From contig JBJOMY010000004.1 of NCBI GenBank assembly GCA_046052125.1, positions 160,001 through 224,000 on the forward strand: a stretch of DNA of 64,000 nucleotides, written 5' to 3'. This document shows, in pieces, positions 59,556-64,000 of the stretch; position 1 is the first letter of the stretch, and every line of letters starts with the position of its first letter. The position numbers were made by a program, and so were the translations under genes. The notes under the pieces are model-generated. The model was not told the origin of the DNA. It made no database searches and saw only the letters and a list, made by a program, of their open reading frames with translations. Origin of the DNA: Cyanobacteriota bacterium (GTDB lineage: Bacteria; Cyanobacteriota; Cyanobacteriia; PCC-6307; Cyanobiaceae).

Positions 59556-62546
59556 TTACTTGGCTTCCATCCAGTTGGGGCCGACGCCCGTTTCCACCAG
59601 CAGGGGAACGGACAGCTCAACCGCGCGCTCCATGGTTTCACGCGTGAGGCTCAGCACCTGATCGAGGGCTTCGGGTGCCGCTTCCAGCACCAGTTCGTCG
59701 TGCACCTGAAGCAGTAGGCGTGCCGGCAGGCCGCTGGCCACGAGTTTGTGGTGAAGCTGCACCATCGCCAGCTTGATGATGTCGGCGCTGGAGCCCTGGA
59801 TCGGAGCGTTGGCGGCGGCGCGCAGCTGCTGGGCCTCCATGCCGCCGCGGCGGGCCACCTCCAGATCGATCTCGAGCGGATCCTTGCCGAGCAGGCGGCC
59901 CAGGCCGGAAGGATCGAAGGCGAATGGCCGCCGGCGCCCCAGGATCGTTTCCACGTAGCCGCGGCTCAGGGCCAGCCGTTCCTGCAGCTCCAGGAAGGCA
60001 AACACCTTCGGGTAGCGCTGTTTGTACTTGCTCAGAAACTCCTTGGCCTGCGCCTGGCTCACGCCGGTTTCGCGGGCGAAGCGCTGGGCGCCCATGCCGT
60101 AGATCACGCCGAAGTTGATCGTTTTGCCCAGGCGGCGCTCATCGGCGCTCACCTCGTCTTTCTCCAGCAGCAAGCGGGCGGTGAGGGCGTGCACGTCGTC
60201 GCCGTTGCGGTACGCCTCCACCAGCACTTCCTCGCCCGAGAGGTGGGTGAGGATCCGCAGCTCGATCTGGGAATAGTCGGCGCTGATCAGTTGCCAGCCG
60301 GCTTCCGGCAGGAAGGCTTTGCGGATGCGGCGCGAGAACTCCGTGCGGATGGGGATGTTCTGCAGGTTGGGGTTGCTGCTGGAGAGGCGGCCCGTGGCCG
60401 TCACGGCCTGGTTGAAATCGGTGTGCACCCGGCCGGTTTCCGGCTCCATCAGCGCCGGCAGGGCGTCCACGTAGGTGCTCTTGAGCTTGCTGAGGGTGCG
60501 GTGCTCCAGCACCAGCGGCACCACCGGGTGGGCGTCTTCCAGCTTCTCGAGCACGGCGGCATCGGTGCTCCAGCCGGTTTTGGTCTTGCGCGATTTCTTG
60601 CGATCGAGCCCGAGGGTGTCGAACAGCAGTTCGCCCAGCTGCTTGGGTGAGGCGAGGTTGAATTCGGTGCCGGCGGCCGCCTTGGCCTCCCCCTCGAGAC
60701 GCTCGAGAGTTTGGGCGAGCTCCTGGCTGAGCTCACCGAGATAGGCGGTGTCGATGCGGATCCCGGTGGCCTCCATGAGAGCCAGCACCGGCTCCAAGGG
60801 CAGTTCCACTTGATCGAGCAGCGCCGGCAGTTGCGGCCCGAGCTCCGCAAGTTGGGCGCGCAGCAGCGGCGTCAAACGCCAGGTCACGTGCACGTCCATG
60901 CCGCAATAAAGAGCGGCTTGCTCGATCGGCACGGAGGAGAAATTGGCGCCCTTGGGCACCAGTTCGTTGTAGCTGGTGGGCAGGAAGCCGAAGTTCCGCT
61001 GGGCCAGCAGTTCCAGGCCGTGCTTGGCGTTGGCATCGCGCAGGTAATCGGCGAGCAGCGTGTCCATCACCACGCCTTCGAGGGGTAGGCCGTGGCGCAG
61101 CAGGATCAGCCGGTCGTATTTGGCGTTCTGCAGCGTTTTGGGGTGCTGGCTGCTGCCCAGCCAGGGGGCCAGGGCCGTCAGCACCTGATCGAGGGGGAGC
61201 TGCGCTGGAGGCGGGTTGAGCAGATCGCCGCTGCTGCCGCTCTGGTGGCCGATCGGGATATAGGCCAGCTCGCTGACGCCCTCGCCCCAAGCCACGCCCA
61301 CACCCACCAGTTCCGCCTGGAACGGGTTGAGGCTGGTGGTTTCGGTGTCGAGCGCGATCGGCCGGGTTGGATCGGTGCTGGCCAGCAAGCGCTGCATCAG
61401 CGCCGCCAGGTCTTCCGGGCTGGTGATCAGCTGCGGCTCTAGGACCGGCGCCTCACTGCTGGAGGCGCTGGTGGTTGCCGCGGCGGCGGGGGCTGCAGTT
61501 GGCGGTTCAGCGCTGTCTGCCTTGGGCGCGCTGTCCGCGATCCGGGTGGCCGGTGTTTCCGCCGAGAACACCTCGGCGAACTGGTTCACCTGACGGCGCA
61601 GGCTGAACAGCTCCAGCTCTTCGAGGCTCTCGGCCAGGGCTTCGGCGTTCACGGCGCCCAGCTCCAGGCGTGGTTCCTGGGGCAGGGGAATATCCACCAG
61701 GATTTCGGCGAGCATGCGCGAGCGGTAGGCGCTTTCGCGGTCAGCGTCGAGCTTGCCCAGCAGGGCACCCTTCAGCACACCCTTGGGATCCTTCGCCTTC
61801 GGCCCGGCGGCCTGGAGCTCCGCCAGGGCTCCGTAGATGCCATCGAGGTTGGTGTAGGCCTGCAGCAGGTTGATGGCGGTTTTGGGACCCACACCCTTCA
61901 CGCCAGGGATGTTGTCGCTGCTGTCGCCGGTGAGGGCCTTGAGGTCCACCACCTCTTCGGGGGTGACGCCGAGCTTGGCCACCACGCCCTCACGGCGGAT
62001 CTCGAGCGGCCCGCTGCTTTTGGCGTAGGGCCCGCCCCCCATGTAGAGCACGGCGATATCGCGCTGATCGTCCACCAGCTGGAACAGGTCGCGATCACCC
62101 GAGAGGATGCGCACCCGCCAGCCGCTGTTGGCAGCGCGGTTCGCCAGGGTGCCCAGCACGTCGTCGGCTTCGTAGCCAGGCGCCATGCAGAGGGGAATAT
62201 CGAGCGCCTGCTGCAGGATCTGCTGCAGATTGCCCAGGTCTTGAAAGAAGTGCTCCGGGGCTTCGTCGCGGTGGGCCTTGTAGGCCTCATCGGCCTCGTG
62301 GCGGAAGGTGGGTTCGGCCGTGTCGAAGGCGATCACCACCCCCTGCGGCGACAGGCCCTTGCAGTTGTCGAGCAGGGCCTTGAGGAAGCCGTAGGTCACC
62401 GAGGTGGGCACGCCTTCCTTGGTGCTCAGGCCGCCTTCGCCGCCTTTGCTGAAGGCGTAAAAGCTGCGGAAGGCCAGGGAGTGGCCATCCACCAGCAGCA
62501 ACAGGGGTTGGCCGTTCGCTGAAACCCCGCTCGCTGCGCCCGCCAC
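59556..62546 (-). CDS. polA: DNA polymerase I
   Basis: 5'-3' exonuclease ([23 protein letters not shown]), DTETT exo motif, [19 protein letters not shown] and QVHDEL; start uncertain (GTG 62546 chosen). Confidence 0.97.
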   Translation of the reverse strand: MAGAASGVSANGQPLLLLVDGHSLAFRSFYAFSKGGEGGLSTKEGVPTSVTYGFLKALLDNCKGLSPQGVVIAFDTAEPTFRHEADEAYKAHRDEAPEHFFQDLGNLQQILQQALDIPLCMAPGYEADDVLGTLANRAANSGWRVRILSGDRDLFQLVDDQRDIAVLYMGGGPYAKSSGPLEIRREGVVAKLGVTPEEVVDLKALTGDSSDNIPGVKGVGPKTAINLLQAYTNLDGIYGALAELQAAGPKAKDPKGVLKGALLGKLDADRESAYRSRMLAEILVDIPLPQEPRLELGAVNAEALAESLEELELFSLRRQVNQFAEVFSAETPATRIADSAPKADSAEPPTAAPAAAATTSASSSEAPVLEPQLITSPEDLAALMQRLLASTDPTRPIALDTETTSLNPFQAELVGVGVAWGEGVSELAYIPIGHQSGSSGDLLNPPPAQLPLDQVLTALAPWLGSSQHPKTLQNAKYDRLILLRHGLPLEGVVMDTLLADYLRDANAKHGLELLAQRNFGFLPTSYNELVPKGANFSSVPIEQAALYCGMDVHVTWRLTPLLRAQLAELGPQLPALLDQVELPLEPVLALMEATGIRIDTAYLGELSQELAQTLERLEGEAKAAAGTEFNLASPKQLGELLFDTLGLDRKKSRKTKTGWSTDAAVLEKLEDAHPVVPLVLEHRTLSKLKSTYVDALPALMEPETGRVHTDFNQAVTATGRLSSSNPNLQNIPIRTEFSRRIRKAFLPEAGWQLISADYSQIELRILTHLSGEEVLVEAYRNGDDVHALTARLLLEKDEVSADERRLGKTINFGVIYGMGAQRFARETGVSQAQAKEFLSKYKQRYPKVFAFLELQERLALSRGYVETILGRRRPFAFDPSGLGRLLGKDPLEIDLEVARRGGMEAQQLRAAANAPIQGSSADIIKLAMVQLHHKLVASGLPARLLLQVHDELVLEAAPEALDQVLSLTRETMERAVELSVPLLVETGVGPNWMEAK

Positions 62547-62611
62547 CCGTTGCTCCTGATCCGGTGGGGCCAGCCTGGCAGAGCCCCTTGATGGTCTGTC
62601 AGGGTTGCGCA

Positions 62612-63139
62612 ATGGCCCTTTTGCGTCAGGCCGCCTTCAGCGCCGATCGCCGTCACCGCTGGTGGCTGCAACGCAGCTGGAACCTCGATCAGCCGCAGCT
62701 GCTGTTCATCGGCCTGAATCCTTCCCGTGCCGATGCCGACCGCGACGACCCCACCCTGCGGCGGCTGATCGGCTTTGCCCGCGCCTGGGGCTTCGGTGGA
62801 CTGGAGGTGGTGAATCTGTTCGCCCGCTGCTCCGCCAGTCCGGCCGTGTTGCGGCGCAGCGCCGATCCCGTGGGCTGCGAGAACGATCAGTGGTTGCAGC
62901 GGAGTTTGGCCAGCGCTGATGCGCTCTGGCTTGGCTGGGGCAATGGCGGTGCCTGGCGCCAGCGGGATCAGCAGGTGCTGGATCTCTTGACGCCGCAGCT
63001 CCGTGCCGCGATGCCGCTCCTGGCTGTGGGGCTCACCGCCAGCGGCCAGCCCCGCCATCCGCTCTACGCCCCGGCCGCTGCGCAGCCCTTGCGCCTGAAG
63101 CATCCTGGGGATGTGCGCCCGCTCGCTGCCTGCCGCTGA
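62612..63139 (+). CDS. DUF1643 domain protein
   Basis: FIGLNPSRAD…DDPTL, VVNLFA, GWG and G-QPRHPLY motifs. Confidence 0.85.
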   Translation: MALLRQAAFSADRRHRWWLQRSWNLDQPQLLFIGLNPSRADADRDDPTLRRLIGFARAWGFGGLEVVNLFARCSASPAVLRRSADPVGCENDQWLQRSLASADALWLGWGNGGAWRQRDQQVLDLLTPQLRAAMPLLAVGLTASGQPRHPLYAPAAAQPLRLKHPGDVRPLAACR

Positions 63140-63387
63140 TGGCTCGAACCCCCAGTCGCTACGCGATCCATCTGCTGCTGGCCGGCGGACATGCCCAGGT
63201 GGTGCACTTCCCCAGCCTCGATGCCTTTCAGCAGTGGTACGGCACGGTGCTCAACGCCGGCCCTGCTGACGCGTTCATCAACGTGCCGATCACCGAGCTC
63301 CCCGGGGAATACCTGGTGGTGAGGCCCTCGGCCGTACAGGGCATCCGCGTAGAGCCCATCTACGGTTCCCTGGATGATGAATTCTGA
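63139..63387 (+). CDS. Hypothetical protein (82 aa)
   Basis: TGATG coupling to DUF1643; FQQWY…FINVPI…GEYLVVRPSAV…IRVEP. Confidence 0.72.
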   Translation: MARTPSRYAIHLLLAGGHAQVVHFPSLDAFQQWYGTVLNAGPADAFINVPITELPGEYLVVRPSAVQGIRVEPIYGSLDDEF

Positions 63388-64000
63388 ACTGGTCTGGGGA
63401 GCCTCCTTCTTCTCAGGCTCCCTGGCCCAGTTGATCGCGCAGCTCAGCGGTCTGCCTGCCGTCGTGTTGTTGCTCGCCCTGGGCCTGGTGGTGGGTCAGG
63501 CGGGCCTGCATCTGGTGCAGCCGGAAACGCTTGGGGCCGGCCTTGAGCCGCTGGTGGGCCTGCTGGTGAGCCTGGTGCTCTTCGATGGCGGCCTCAACCT
63601 GCGCCTTGCTGGCAAGGAGCTCCAGCGCACGGTGATTCAGCTGGTGCTGGTGCGGCTGGTGCTGGGTCTGGTGGGTGGTGCTGTGCTCGCCCACTACCTG
63701 GCGGGTCTGAGCTGGCCTCTGGCCTGGGTGTTCGGGGCGATTGCGCTGGCCACCGGCCCCACGGTGATTTCACCGATGGTGAAGCAGATGCGGCTGCAGA
63801 GCGGCCTGGCCCGTGTGCTGGATGCGGAGGGATTGATCCTTGAGCCCACGGCGGCGGTGCTGGCTTTGCTGCTGCTCCAGCTCGCCCTCGGGGATCTCTC
63901 CCATTTGCAGGACGTGGCAAGCCTGCTGGTGTTGCGCCTGGGTGGTGGCGCCCTGCTCGGGGCGTTGGCGGGTTGGGTGCTGGTGCTGGTGCTCGAGCGG
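63374..64000 (+). CDS. CPA1-family cation:proton antiporter (truncated by the window edge)
   Basis: Hand translation gives LPAVVLLL…LVSLVLFDGGLNL…ATGPTVI…LDAEGLILEP; open to the window end. Confidence 0.85.
   Translation, partial: MMNSELVWGASFFSGSLAQLIAQLSGLPAVVLLLALGLVVGQAGLHLVQPETLGAGLEPLVGLLVSLVLFDGGLNLRLAGKELQRTVIQLVLVRLVLGLVGGAVLAHYLAGLSWPLAWVFGAIALATGPTVISPMVKQMRLQSGLARVLDAEGLILEPTAAVLALLLLQLALGDLSHLQDVASLLVLRLGGGALLGALAGWVLVLVLER

Overview
GC-rich chromosomal window from a picocyanobacterium (Synechococcus/Cyanobium-type, inferred from psbD-psbC, ycf4, petM, ycf39, ftn2, a phycobiliprotein lyase and nblR-like genes). Most of it is densely packed core genome: cofactor synthesis (ribD, ribF, thiE/thiS, cbiE/T, cobQ, nadK, nnr), translation (pheS, cysS, trmD, mnmA, rpsP, infA, era, ffh), MEP pathway (ispF, dxr), pdhA, pntAB, an NTRC-type thioredoxin reductase, a group 2 sigma factor and polA. 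The distinctive part is a co-oriented minus-strand block at about 3.2-9.1 kb. It holds a GRRM-type RiPP cluster (orphan substrate-binding protein, a signal-peptide-bearing Gly/Trp-rich precursor with seven W-x-N motifs plus F-x-N, and a radical SAM/SPASM maturase), a small unknown protein, a GH116 glycosidase, and a YefM-YoeB toxin-antitoxin pair preceded by a perfect 15-bp inverted repeat. Several short genes missing from the ORF track were read by hand (petM, a 38-aa membrane peptide, a 58-aa ORF). I saw no tRNA, rRNA, CRISPR array, transposase or integrase. All family calls come from motif recognition; no database searches were run.
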